From a virus: 37,121 nt of DNA. The position numbers were made by a program, and so were the translations under genes. Below are positions 27,527 through 35,521 of this stretch, one piece after another. Each line of letters begins with the position of its first letter. Position 1 is the first letter of the stretch. Where the stretch lies: IMG/VR virus record IMGVR_UViG_3300028627_000020, positions 1 through 37,121 of that record; one strand, given 5' to 3'. Under the pieces are notes generated by a model that was not told the DNA's origin, did no database searches, and saw only the letters and a list, made by a program, of their open reading frames with translations.

Positions 27527-27883
27527 ATGGCTACAACACCACAACAATTCTTTTCAAAAAACATGAAATGGTTTGCTTTAGCTTTATTGTTTTTACTTAT
27601 GATTAAGAGTGTGCAAAGCTGCAACAGAAAAACTCTTTTGAATATGGGATCAAAACAATACATTGAGCAAATAGATTCTCTAAAAACTCTTTACAATAAT
27701 TATTACAGGGATTCCCAGGACAGTATAAAGAAATTGAATTTCGAACTTAAACTTGCAAACGAACAGGTAAATGCTGCTAACAAAAGAGCTGAAGCTGTTC
27801 AATCTGCCGTTGAAAAAGTTCGTTCAAATACAACCATTACTGTTAAAGGCGCTGAAGAAGTTAAAGACACCTCTAAAAAATAA
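27527..27883 (+). CDS. Membrane-anchored coiled-coil protein (possible lipoprotein or spanin-like)
   Basis: WFALALLFLLMIKSVQSC followed by a coiled coil; upstream AATATATAAAACAAAA. Confidence 0.65.
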   Translation: MATTPQQFFSKNMKWFALALLFLLMIKSVQSCNRKTLLNMGSKQYIEQIDSLKTLYNNYYRDSQDSIKKLNFELKLANEQVNAANKRAEAVQSAVEKVRSNTTITVKGAEEVKDTSKK

Positions 27884-27888
27884 ATACA

Positions 27889-28170
27889 ATGAACGAAATT
27901 ACTCCTGAATTAAGAGAAAAAATTGCGCTATATTCAAAACATTTGCATGAAATTATTCATACAGATATTAGCGATGAAATGCTAAATGCTGTCAATATCA
28001 AAAGTGTAAGTATGATTAATGAAGTCATGACTGAATACCCAGCTGAACCACTTTTAATTGTTAAAAAATTAGATGGAACAGAAGAGCGCATCTGGGGATT
28101 TGTAAAAATCCCAGAATACTTGAATAATCTCATAGATCAAATTGAAAATTCAGGATACGTTAAAATATAA
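27889..28170 (+). CDS. Hypothetical protein
   Basis: 93 aa ORF. Confidence 0.65.
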   Translation: MNEITPELREKIALYSKHLHEIIHTDISDEMLNAVNIKSVSMINEVMTEYPAEPLLIVKKLDGTEERIWGFVKIPEYLNNLIDQIENSGYVKI

Positions 28171-28180
28171 AAATCATTAT

Positions 28181-29323
28181 ATGAATTTAAAAAATTTTAA
28201 AATTACAAACAAAGGTCTTTATTGGGGGCTTATTGTTACATTTGCCCTCCTATATTTGTGTGTAGGATTTGTATCAACTTTACACTCAATTACATTTTTC
28301 AACTTAGCGAATACTGTTGGCCTTGCAGTACTTCTTGGTATTACTTATGAAATTGGCCAAGCGTCAGTTTTATTTTCGATACTTATGACTAAGAATAAGG
28401 ATAGATTTTTGCCATGGGCTTTAATGTTTTTATTAACTGCTTTACAAGTCACGGCGAACGTTTATGCTTCATTCAAATATATGGTTATGTCAGGATCTAA
28501 TGATTGGCAATACTGGCAAAAATCAATATTAATAGGAGTACAAGCAGAAAATGCCGAAATGTATCAAGTAATTATATCCTGGATAGCCGGTGCTTTACTT
28601 CCTATCGTAGCTCTTGGTATGACAGCATTAGTAGCTCAAAATATTAAGTTAATGTCAGAAGAAGATGAAAAGAAATCTTTGCCTGAACCTGAAGAAATTC
28701 CTGAAATTGAAAAACCCTTAGAGCCTACAATTGTCAATGAGTATGAAAAAGATTATTTAGACGAAGAAATAGCATTAATAGAAGATGCAAAGCCTAAAGT
28801 TATTGATGAGCCTATACCCGAAAAAGAGATAGAAACAAAATTAGTCGAACAAATTGAACCAGAAAAACCTGTAACTGCTAAAAAACGAGGACGACCACCC
28901 AAAAAAGATGTTGTCGTTGAGCCAAAAAAAGAAAAGGAGCTCCTGCCAAAAGAGGACGTAAGAGTTCCAAAGAAAAGACGAACAGTTGATCCTCTTAAGA
29001 AAAAAACGAAAATAAAGAATCTTGACCTTAAGGAACTTCATAAACCTTCGGTAGGTGATAAGATTCTAGAATTAATCGAGAAACAAGAAAAAGATCAGAT
29101 AAAGGAATCCATTATAACCGATAATAAAGATGTTCTCGAATCACCTGGTGTCTCTCTGGTGCCTCCTGAAATAGAGGATGCAATTCCTTATGTTGAAGGA
29201 GGAGTAGAAGTCTTAGATGCCAAGGCAGTTCCAAAGCCTGAAAACGAAAAAAAAAAACTAAAATCGGAAAAGTTTGGTATCCCTATTAGTCCCAAAGAAC
29301 GCAAAAATTTCGATAGAATTTAA
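28181..29323 (+). CDS. Four-TM membrane protein with long charged C-terminal tail
   Basis: Likely start ATG 28181. Four hydrophobic segments in the first ~155 aa, then an E/K/P-rich tail with KKRGRPPKK. Confidence 0.75.
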   Translation: MNLKNFKITNKGLYWGLIVTFALLYLCVGFVSTLHSITFFNLANTVGLAVLLGITYEIGQASVLFSILMTKNKDRFLPWALMFLLTALQVTANVYASFKYMVMSGSNDWQYWQKSILIGVQAENAEMYQVIISWIAGALLPIVALGMTALVAQNIKLMSEEDEKKSLPEPEEIPEIEKPLEPTIVNEYEKDYLDEEIALIEDAKPKVIDEPIPEKEIETKLVEQIEPEKPVTAKKRGRPPKKDVVVEPKKEKELLPKEDVRVPKKRRTVDPLKKKTKIKNLDLKELHKPSVGDKILELIEKQEKDQIKESIITDNKDVLESPGVSLVPPEIEDAIPYVEGGVEVLDAKAVPKPENEKKKLKSEKFGIPISPKERKNFDRI

Positions 29324-29324
29324 C

Positions 29325-29348
29325 AAGAGGTTCTAAACCTCTTTTTTT
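29325..29348 (+). terminator. Intrinsic terminator
   Basis: AAGAGGTT-CTA-AACCTCTT followed by a T-run. Confidence 0.65.
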
Positions 29349-29403
29349 ATGAAATAAAATTCGTCAAATATTTAGATAAATAAATTAAAATAAATATGTA
29401 ATT

Positions 29404-30411
29404 ATGCCTATTGATCTTTTTAATCCAACATCAAATAATTATATTAATCCTGAATTACCAGAATGTCCTGGATCAGCTGCTGAAAATACAACTCTTGAAT
29501 TCTTAAATGGAAAAAAGATTGGAGTAATTTCGGGAAGCGATATATTAGTTTCCATGGAATTAGGTGATATATCTGAAATTGTTACTGCGTGGTCTCGACA
29601 AACAAAAATCGTTGAATCTGGTGAAGTTACATTTATTCAGGGATTAACAAAAGGCATTTCAAATCGAACCCAAAGATTTTTATTCGACGGTTCAACTATA
29701 TATAACGGTGTTGAACATGATTTATACATGAGTGCTAACTTACAAATAAACTATTATAGAAATTTTAGATACTACGATGTTTCATTATTTGTTACTAGTG
29801 ATCCAGAAAATTCTATAAGATTTGAAAATGCGTTAAATATAGTCTTTGGAGAGAATAACATATCAGTTACTGCAACATACGATCCAAGCGGTTTAACATT
29901 TGTAGGTTCACCTGCTGGATATTCATTTGATATTACTTCAATAGATGTTAGTGTATGGTTACCTGATACATCAATATATGGAAGCCCAATGGTTGAAGAT
30001 GTATCAGCAGAAATTCCCGCCTTTAAATATCCAAACACAGCAATGCTTGGATATGTTTTAAAAGTTACTTATCCTATCGATTCTAATGAATCTGATCGTT
30101 TTGTTAACATAAATCATATCCCCGATTATTTAACATATTACGTTTTAAATGAAGACTCTTCATGTTATGATAAAGATTGTGATGCTGTAGATGCTGGAAT
30201 GAGTGGCCCAAGTACAGATACCACAATTAGTGCCGGAGATTATCTTAATTATGTTGATGAAAATAATTTATGGGAAAAAGTTGGGCCTGTAAAAATATGG
30301 ATAAGTGTGCCTGATCCAGTTGATTCTAATGATGAAAATTTAATCACAGGATTTTATGTATTTAACCCTCATCCTTATCCTATTAAAATAGACTATATGG
30401 TATTTGTTTAA
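29404..30411 (+). CDS. Hypothetical acidic beta-rich protein, possibly virion structural
   Basis: 335 aa, rich in D/S/T/N/V; upstream GATAAATAAA. Confidence 0.7.
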   Translation: MPIDLFNPTSNNYINPELPECPGSAAENTTLEFLNGKKIGVISGSDILVSMELGDISEIVTAWSRQTKIVESGEVTFIQGLTKGISNRTQRFLFDGSTIYNGVEHDLYMSANLQINYYRNFRYYDVSLFVTSDPENSIRFENALNIVFGENNISVTATYDPSGLTFVGSPAGYSFDITSIDVSVWLPDTSIYGSPMVEDVSAEIPAFKYPNTAMLGYVLKVTYPIDSNESDRFVNINHIPDYLTYYVLNEDSSCYDKDCDAVDAGMSGPSTDTTISAGDYLNYVDENNLWEKVGPVKIWISVPDPVDSNDENLITGFYVFNPHPYPIKIDYMVFV

Positions 30412-30423
30412 AAAAATTAGAAT

Positions 30424-31218
30424 ATGAAAAAGTTAGTTAGAGAAAGTTTAATAAAAGAAAGTTACGGGGCAGGATTCTCAATGTCATCAGGAGGATTTCG
30501 CGGAGGAATGGGAGGCATTACACGTGGAGGATTTGGCGGAGCTAATAACATGGGTGGTCCAAACATGATGTACACGTATGAAATTAAGCCCTTAAATCAT
30601 TCTCTTGAACAAAGGCCAACAACAGCGGATATTGAAATTAATGAAATTAAAGTAGGTTCAATGATAACAGGCAATCCCGTAAAATCAAATGCAAACCCCG
30701 GAAACACAAAAATTAAAGGGATTGTACAACAAATAGTTAAAACAGATAATAACTCAATTAAATACTATATTGTTTTTGACGAAGCAACTGCAACTTCGGT
30801 TAAAATTGAACCTTTAAGCGCCCAATTAGTTGTTAATGCGCCAATGGCATCATATAATTCTGTAGAAACTAATAGATACAGGCCAAGAAGATCTTTTGTT
30901 AGAGAATCGATTTGCATAAATGAAACTTACGATATTACAGAAGCGACAACTGACGTTAAAGATAAAGTTAAAAATAGTCGTAAACTTCCTAAAGAAATGA
31001 AAGAAAAAATTTTTCCGTTGATAATGAAAAAGGGAATACACGGCACACAATATAAAAATGGTGTAGTTACACACTTAAAATATTCCAAATCAGGAGTAGG
31101 ATTAGGTGCAGATAAAAACGGATTTTTTGTTTTTACACATAGAGCAAGAAGTAAATCATACAAAGAAATAGATAAAATTCCCGAAAAAGATATTAAATTC
31201 ATAGAAAGTACAGGATAA
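30424..31218 (+). CDS. Hypothetical protein with Gly-rich segment (MKKLVRESLIKE leader)
   Basis: GGFRGGMGGITRGGFGG segment; internal second leader-like FVRESICINE. Confidence 0.75.
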   Translation: MKKLVRESLIKESYGAGFSMSSGGFRGGMGGITRGGFGGANNMGGPNMMYTYEIKPLNHSLEQRPTTADIEINEIKVGSMITGNPVKSNANPGNTKIKGIVQQIVKTDNNSIKYYIVFDEATATSVKIEPLSAQLVVNAPMASYNSVETNRYRPRRSFVRESICINETYDITEATTDVKDKVKNSRKLPKEMKEKIFPLIMKKGIHGTQYKNGVVTHLKYSKSGVGLGADKNGFFVFTHRARSKSYKEIDKIPEKDIKFIESTG

Positions 31219-31272
31219 TTTTGTATAAAAATTTTCTCGATTAAGAAATATTATTTATATTTACAAAATTAT

Positions 31273-31297
31273 AAGAGGTATAAAGCCTCTTTTGTTT
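31273..31297 (+). terminator. Putative terminator
   Basis: AAGAGG-N7-CCTCTT then TTGTTTT. Confidence 0.5.
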
Positions 31298-31339
31298 TAT
31301 GATTTTTAACATTAACTACATTATTAGGTACATTAGAAG

Positions 31340-31360
31340 TGAATATATAAAATAAAAATG
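31340..31360 (+). promoter_or_regulatory. Putative late promoter plus start context
   Basis: TGAATATATAAAATAAAAATG, identical to 35248-35228 on the minus strand. Confidence 0.55.
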
Positions 31361-32332
31361 AAAGATTTTAGAAGAAATGCGAATAATATGATAATATGTG
31401 AAGAGTGTGGTAAAACATTTAAACTTGTGGGTTCCTTAGCAAGACACATAAAACAATTTCATATTATTACTCAAAAAGAATATTTTGATAAATGGTTAAA
31501 AGAAGAAGGAGAAGGCGAATGCAAATTATGCGGAAAGGAAACTAAATTTATGAATTTTTCACGATATTATCAAACTACATGCAGTAAATTATGTAATTAT
31601 AAATTACTTGGAATTGGTATGGCGTCTACAGAAAGAAGACAAAAAATTAAAGAAACTTGTTTAAAAAAATATGGTGTTGATTCTCCTCTTAAATCTTCTA
31701 TTATAAGAACTAAGATAGAGCAAGAAAACATTAAAAATTATGGTGTAAAAAATAATTATCAGCGAAAAGATGTAAAAGAAAAAATCAAAAAAACTAAAAA
31801 GGAAAAATACGGTGATGAAAAATATCAAAATTGGGATAAACAAAGACAAACATGCTTAGAACGTTACGGAAACGAGTGCGCATTATTAAATATAGATATT
31901 AAGAAAAAGACAGCAGAAACTCTTAAAAAAAGATATGGAGTTGAACATCAATCTCAAAATGAAAATGTACATTATAAACAAATGAATAGCGGAAAGAAAA
32001 TAAAATATTTCAGACAAACTGATTTATGGTATCAGGGTTCTTATGAATTAGATTTTTTAGAAAAATATTATGATATGTTTGAAATACACAGAGCTAATTC
32101 CATTATCTATTATTTAAATGGAAAGAAAAAATATTATCATCCAGATTTTTATATACCATCTTTAAATCTCATTATTGAATGCAAAAATTCATATTATGAA
32201 AAAAGAGATAAAGAAGTATTAGAAGCAAAAGAAAAAGCCACTATTGCTAATGGCTTTAAATATATAATGATAGTTGATAAGAATTATTCTGAATTTGACG
32301 AATTTTTAAGCCAAGGCACGTCAAATTTATGA
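31358..32332 (+). CDS. Putative free-standing endonuclease: zinc fingers, YG repeats and PD-(D/E)XK domain
   Basis: CEECG..HIKQFH, CKLC..CSKLC, five KxTxLxxYG-type repeats, and C-terminal YQGSYE..YHPDFY..IIECK. Confidence 0.75.
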   Translation: MKDFRRNANNMIICEECGKTFKLVGSLARHIKQFHIITQKEYFDKWLKEEGEGECKLCGKETKFMNFSRYYQTTCSKLCNYKLLGIGMASTERRQKIKETCLKKYGVDSPLKSSIIRTKIEQENIKNYGVKNNYQRKDVKEKIKKTKKEKYGDEKYQNWDKQRQTCLERYGNECALLNIDIKKKTAETLKKRYGVEHQSQNENVHYKQMNSGKKIKYFRQTDLWYQGSYELDFLEKYYDMFEIHRANSIIYYLNGKKKYYHPDFYIPSLNLIIECKNSYYEKRDKEVLEAKEKATIANGFKYIMIVDKNYSEFDEFLSQGTSNL

Positions 32333-33117
32333 ATACGAACATCAAGTTTTTTGACGTGCACAGAATTTGAAGGAACGTTGAAAAGCATTATCGCGTCATC
32401 ACCTTCTTTCCAATTTTCATATTGATGAACTGCTTTATCTATAAGTGCTTGATTAAAATGATCTTTTGCGCTCCAATTCTCAAGTTTTTTACGAATATTT
32501 TTTCTTATCCATGCTCCATGAGCCATTCTAATTACTTCATCGGGAAATAAGTATGTGCCTATATTCATTGGATTATAAATTCTTCTAGTAGGGTCTGTTG
32601 GTCCTGGAGCAGGTCCATTAAATGTATACGTAAAATAGGTTGAATGAATACCCGGAACAAAAGGCCTAAAGGGATAAACAAGATAATGTTCAAAATCTTT
32701 ATAGTAATTAACATAACTCCAATATGTTATAGGCCACCCATTGGCATTAATCTGTTTTTTAACTTCTACGAATTGATCGCGATCATATATTTCATCTGCG
32801 TCTATGTTGAGAATATGTGAAAAACCTTTTTCCCTCATCATTGTAATCCCCATGTTTCTCTTATCTGTTTCTTGTTCTCTATGAGGTTTTCTGTAATCTC
32901 CTTGAAATTCAATTAATTCATCTATTAATCCTAATTTATGAAGTCGTTGAAGTTCTTCCATATCCTCTGGATCCATTTTGTTTCCACAGTATGAAACATT
33001 CTGATATATAGCAGCAACATGATCAACTTGATCACGTATTTCGCTTATTAACATTTCAAGAAGTTCAGAAGCATCGAAGCTGTTTATTGTTAGAGCTAAT
33101 CTCTTGATTTTTCCCAT
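32284..33117 (-). CDS. GT-A fold glycosyltransferase (GT2-like)
   Basis: ETDKRN...SHILNIDADEIY (DxD motif) and late His motif MAHGAW. Confidence 0.7.
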   Translation of the reverse strand: MGKIKRLALTINSFDASELLEMLISEIRDQVDHVAAIYQNVSYCGNKMDPEDMEELQRLHKLGLIDELIEFQGDYRKPHREQETDKRNMGITMMREKGFSHILNIDADEIYDRDQFVEVKKQINANGWPITYWSYVNYYKDFEHYLVYPFRPFVPGIHSTYFTYTFNGPAPGPTDPTRRIYNPMNIGTYLFPDEVIRMAHGAWIRKNIRKKLENWSAKDHFNQALIDKAVHQYENWKEGDDAIMLFNVPSNSVHVKKLDVRIHKFDVPWLKNSSNSE

Positions 33118-33119
33118 AT

Positions 33120-33314
33120 CTAATACGTTTTATTTTTTCTTTTACTTGTTAATTTTAAAAGTTCTTTATCTCTTTTTCGTTTTTTTCTATCCAGTTCTTT
33201 TATTTCTTTATTAATTTTTCTAATGTACATGATCATAACAACACCTAAAACAATAAGTGCAATTATTAACAATATCTCTAATGCTTTTTCCATGCATAGG
33301 TGTAATTTTTCCAA
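33120..33314 (-). CDS. Small membrane protein
   Basis: ILLIIALIVLGVVMIMY followed by a basic tail. Confidence 0.55.
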   Translation of the reverse strand: MEKLHLCMEKALEILLIIALIVLGVVMIMYIRKINKEIKELDRKKRKRDKELLKLTSKRKNKTY

Positions 33315-33481
33315 GTATATATCTGATCATAACAACATTCACATAATTGTCCTGCTCCTTCTACGTAATAACGTCTTTCATGTATAGGAGTGTTTTTTAT
33401 ATAAGGCGTTTCATTAAAACAAATAACACATTTTTCTTTTTTAATGCTAGCATCTATTGGATGCTTTTTTAAGTTTTCCAT
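33278..33481 (-). CDS. Small zinc-finger protein
   Basis: CVIC...YVEGAGQLCECC. Confidence 0.7.
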   Translation of the reverse strand: MENLKKHPIDASIKKEKCVICFNETPYIKNTPIHERRYYVEGAGQLCECCYDQIYTWKNYTYAWKKH

Positions 33482-33491
33482 TTCATAATCA

Positions 33492-34541
33492 TTATTTTTT
33501 AATGCCGGTGAATAATTCGGCTTTTATGCTTTTGTCTGACTTATAATTTGATAAAACAAAATCATCTATAGTAAGCTCTAATATGTCATCCAGTGACTTG
33601 AGTTCCTTTGTAATTGTTAGATAAGGTAACCTATTAGGCGTTCGTTTTAATTGCTCCTGTGCCATCGGAATATGGTCTAGATATAAATGGGTGTCTCCGC
33701 CTATCCAATATGCAATACCAGGAGCCATATTTGAAACTTTTGCTATAATTATTAACAATAATGACATTGAAGCCAAGTTAAATGGAACACCAAGAAAAAT
33801 ATCACATGAACGTTGATACATGTTTAGATCAAGGAAATATTTAGGGATATTGTAACAATCTAAATCTTCGTGCGAAAGAAAATTAGGTATATTCTCAGGT
33901 ATTAAATTTTTTCTTTCTTCAAATGACATTGGCCTCACAATAAATTGATAAAGAAGATGACATGGGGGAAGTGCCATCTCAGGAAAATCTACTTTATTCC
34001 AGCTATCTATTATATGATAACGACTATAAGGATTGTTTTTTAAGCCTTCAATGACATCTTTAATCTGATCTACTCCATTTTGATTTCGCCATTGATAGCC
34101 ATAGACTTTACCAAGATCACCAAGGTGATAATTCCCTATAACTTTAGAAATTAATCTATAATCTCTTCCTTTTTTAATAGCGTCTATGAATTCTTCTTGC
34201 GTTTCAAATCTATAAGGCAGTTCTTCTTGAAATCTTGATTCTAAATTAATAAATTCTTCATATTTTTTCAAATACCAACGATATGCATCGGATGACCAAA
34301 TATTAACACCGTTATCAACTAAATATTTTATATTTGTATCTCCTCTTAAGAACCAAAGGAGTTCATGAATTATTCCTTTCAAAAACATCTTTTTTGTTGT
34401 TAATAACGGAAATCCCTCGCCAAGATCCATTCGTATAGTTGCGTTTGAAATACCTATTGTATTCGGCATGTTGGGTCTTCCTGATTCCTTCTCTACACCC
34501 TCTGTTAAAATTTTATCTAATAGTTCGAGATATTGTTTCAT
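33492..34541 (-). CDS. thyA: Thymidylate synthase, full length
   Basis: FPLLTTKK, ELLWFLRG, YGYQWR, ALPPCH (catalytic Cys), YQRSCD, GVPFN and GDTHLY. Confidence 0.96.
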   Translation of the reverse strand: MKQYLELLDKILTEGVEKESGRPNMPNTIGISNATIRMDLGEGFPLLTTKKMFLKGIIHELLWFLRGDTNIKYLVDNGVNIWSSDAYRWYLKKYEEFINLESRFQEELPYRFETQEEFIDAIKKGRDYRLISKVIGNYHLGDLGKVYGYQWRNQNGVDQIKDVIEGLKNNPYSRYHIIDSWNKVDFPEMALPPCHLLYQFIVRPMSFEERKNLIPENIPNFLSHEDLDCYNIPKYFLDLNMYQRSCDIFLGVPFNLASMSLLLIIIAKVSNMAPGIAYWIGGDTHLYLDHIPMAQEQLKRTPNRLPYLTITKELKSLDDILELTIDDFVLSNYKSDKSIKAELFTGIKK

Positions 34542-35230
34542 TTTATTTCATTTTTATGTGTCCATTTGCATCCATCTATTATTCTATTATACTGAATTCT
34601 TTTTCTTATGGTTTCAGATTTTATTCCAGTTTTTTCAGAAGCGTCTTTTAAAGATTTGAATTCATGTAATATTTTATCGGTGTTAATATCAATAACCAAA
34701 ATAGGTTTTTTTAATTTTTCATGAGATTTAGCGTAATCTGTTTTTCTATTTTTAATAGATTCATACCACGATTCCCAATCTGTGTTATCTTTTATTTTTT
34801 GAAGTCTTACTGGATTATAATAATCTATTTTTTGACTTCTTTCTTTAAAATATTTTTTTCGTTCTTCTTCCGTTTTTCCTATTCCATTTAAGTGATCTGC
34901 GCGATTACTTTTATGGAAATTCGGATTTGAATAATTTATAAATAATGAAGTATCGCCTCCATCTCCTTCTTCGGGTCTTAAATTCGCCCATTCAGGAGAA
35001 TTTACTACATCTAATTCATTACTTATTTTTATTCCTTCATTAATTAATTCCTTAACATTAGTTGTTTTAAATACTATTTCAGTTAATATGTCTTTATGCG
35101 TTAAATTATGTTTTTTAATATGTCTTAACCAAATTTTTCCACTTCCTTTATATTTGAATGGATCTTTTGTAGTTTTTCCTAAATATTTTAGTCCATGAGG
35201 ACTTGTTTTAATATACAAATAATAAATCAT
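34538..35230 (-). CDS. GIY-YIG homing endonuclease with C-terminal NUMOD1-like HTH
   Basis: YYLYIKT...LKYLGKT, YKGSG..W..H, WANL.PE.GDGG, and FKSLKDASEKTGI. Confidence 0.88.
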   Translation of the reverse strand: MIYYLYIKTSPHGLKYLGKTTKDPFKYKGSGKIWLRHIKKHNLTHKDILTEIVFKTTNVKELINEGIKISNELDVVNSPEWANLRPEEGDGGDTSLFINYSNPNFHKSNRADHLNGIGKTEEERKKYFKERSQKIDYYNPVRLQKIKDNTDWESWYESIKNRKTDYAKSHEKLKKPILVIDINTDKILHEFKSLKDASEKTGIKSETIRKRIQYNRIIDGCKWTHKNEIK

Positions 35231-35248
35231 TTTTATTTTATATATTCA
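35228..35248 (-). promoter_or_regulatory. Putative late promoter plus start context for the GIY-YIG gene
   Basis: TGAATATATAAAATAAAAATG on the minus strand; it also contains the TAA that ends the thyA stub. Confidence 0.55.
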
Positions 35249-35454
35249 TAAAGAGATGGATATAAGTGGTACTTAATGTAAGATTTTCCCTTAAGATACA
35301 TTTTCTTAGTTGTTAATAACGGAAAACCACCGCTAAGATCCATTTTAATAAAGCCATGTGATAATCCTAACGTTTTAGGCATATTAGCACGCCCGGATTC
35401 TTTTTCAACACCGTTATTAAGGATATTTTGTAATAAATCGAGATACTGTTTCAT
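35233..35454 (-). pseudogene. thyA: Truncated thyA 5' fragment (56 homologous codons plus 17 unrelated)
   Basis: MKQYLDLLQNILNNGVEKESGRANMP...FPLLTTKKMYLKG is 40/56 identical to the N-terminus of the full thyA. Homology ends at 35287. Confidence 0.88.
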
Positions 35455-35521
35455 ATAAACATAATTTTAATTTATATGAAGAAAATGTTAAGAGTTTTAA
35501 AATTTTGTTAAAAAATCATAT

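Noticed and set aside
31223-31263. Third copy of the bipartite promoter
   Set aside because: TATATTTA is present at 31256-63, but the upstream box is degenerate and the spacing differs by 10 nt.
33492-34541. dCMP hydroxymethylase or other base-modifying thyA paralogue
   Set aside because: It retains canonical PPCH, YQRSCD and the dUMP-specifying Asn in GVPFN.
34374-35287. Group I intron in thyA (like T4 td)
   Set aside because: Only ~56 nt separate the stub from the endonuclease ATG, and the endonuclease stop overlaps a new thyA start, leaving no non-coding space for a ribozyme core. The downstream gene already has a complete N-terminus.
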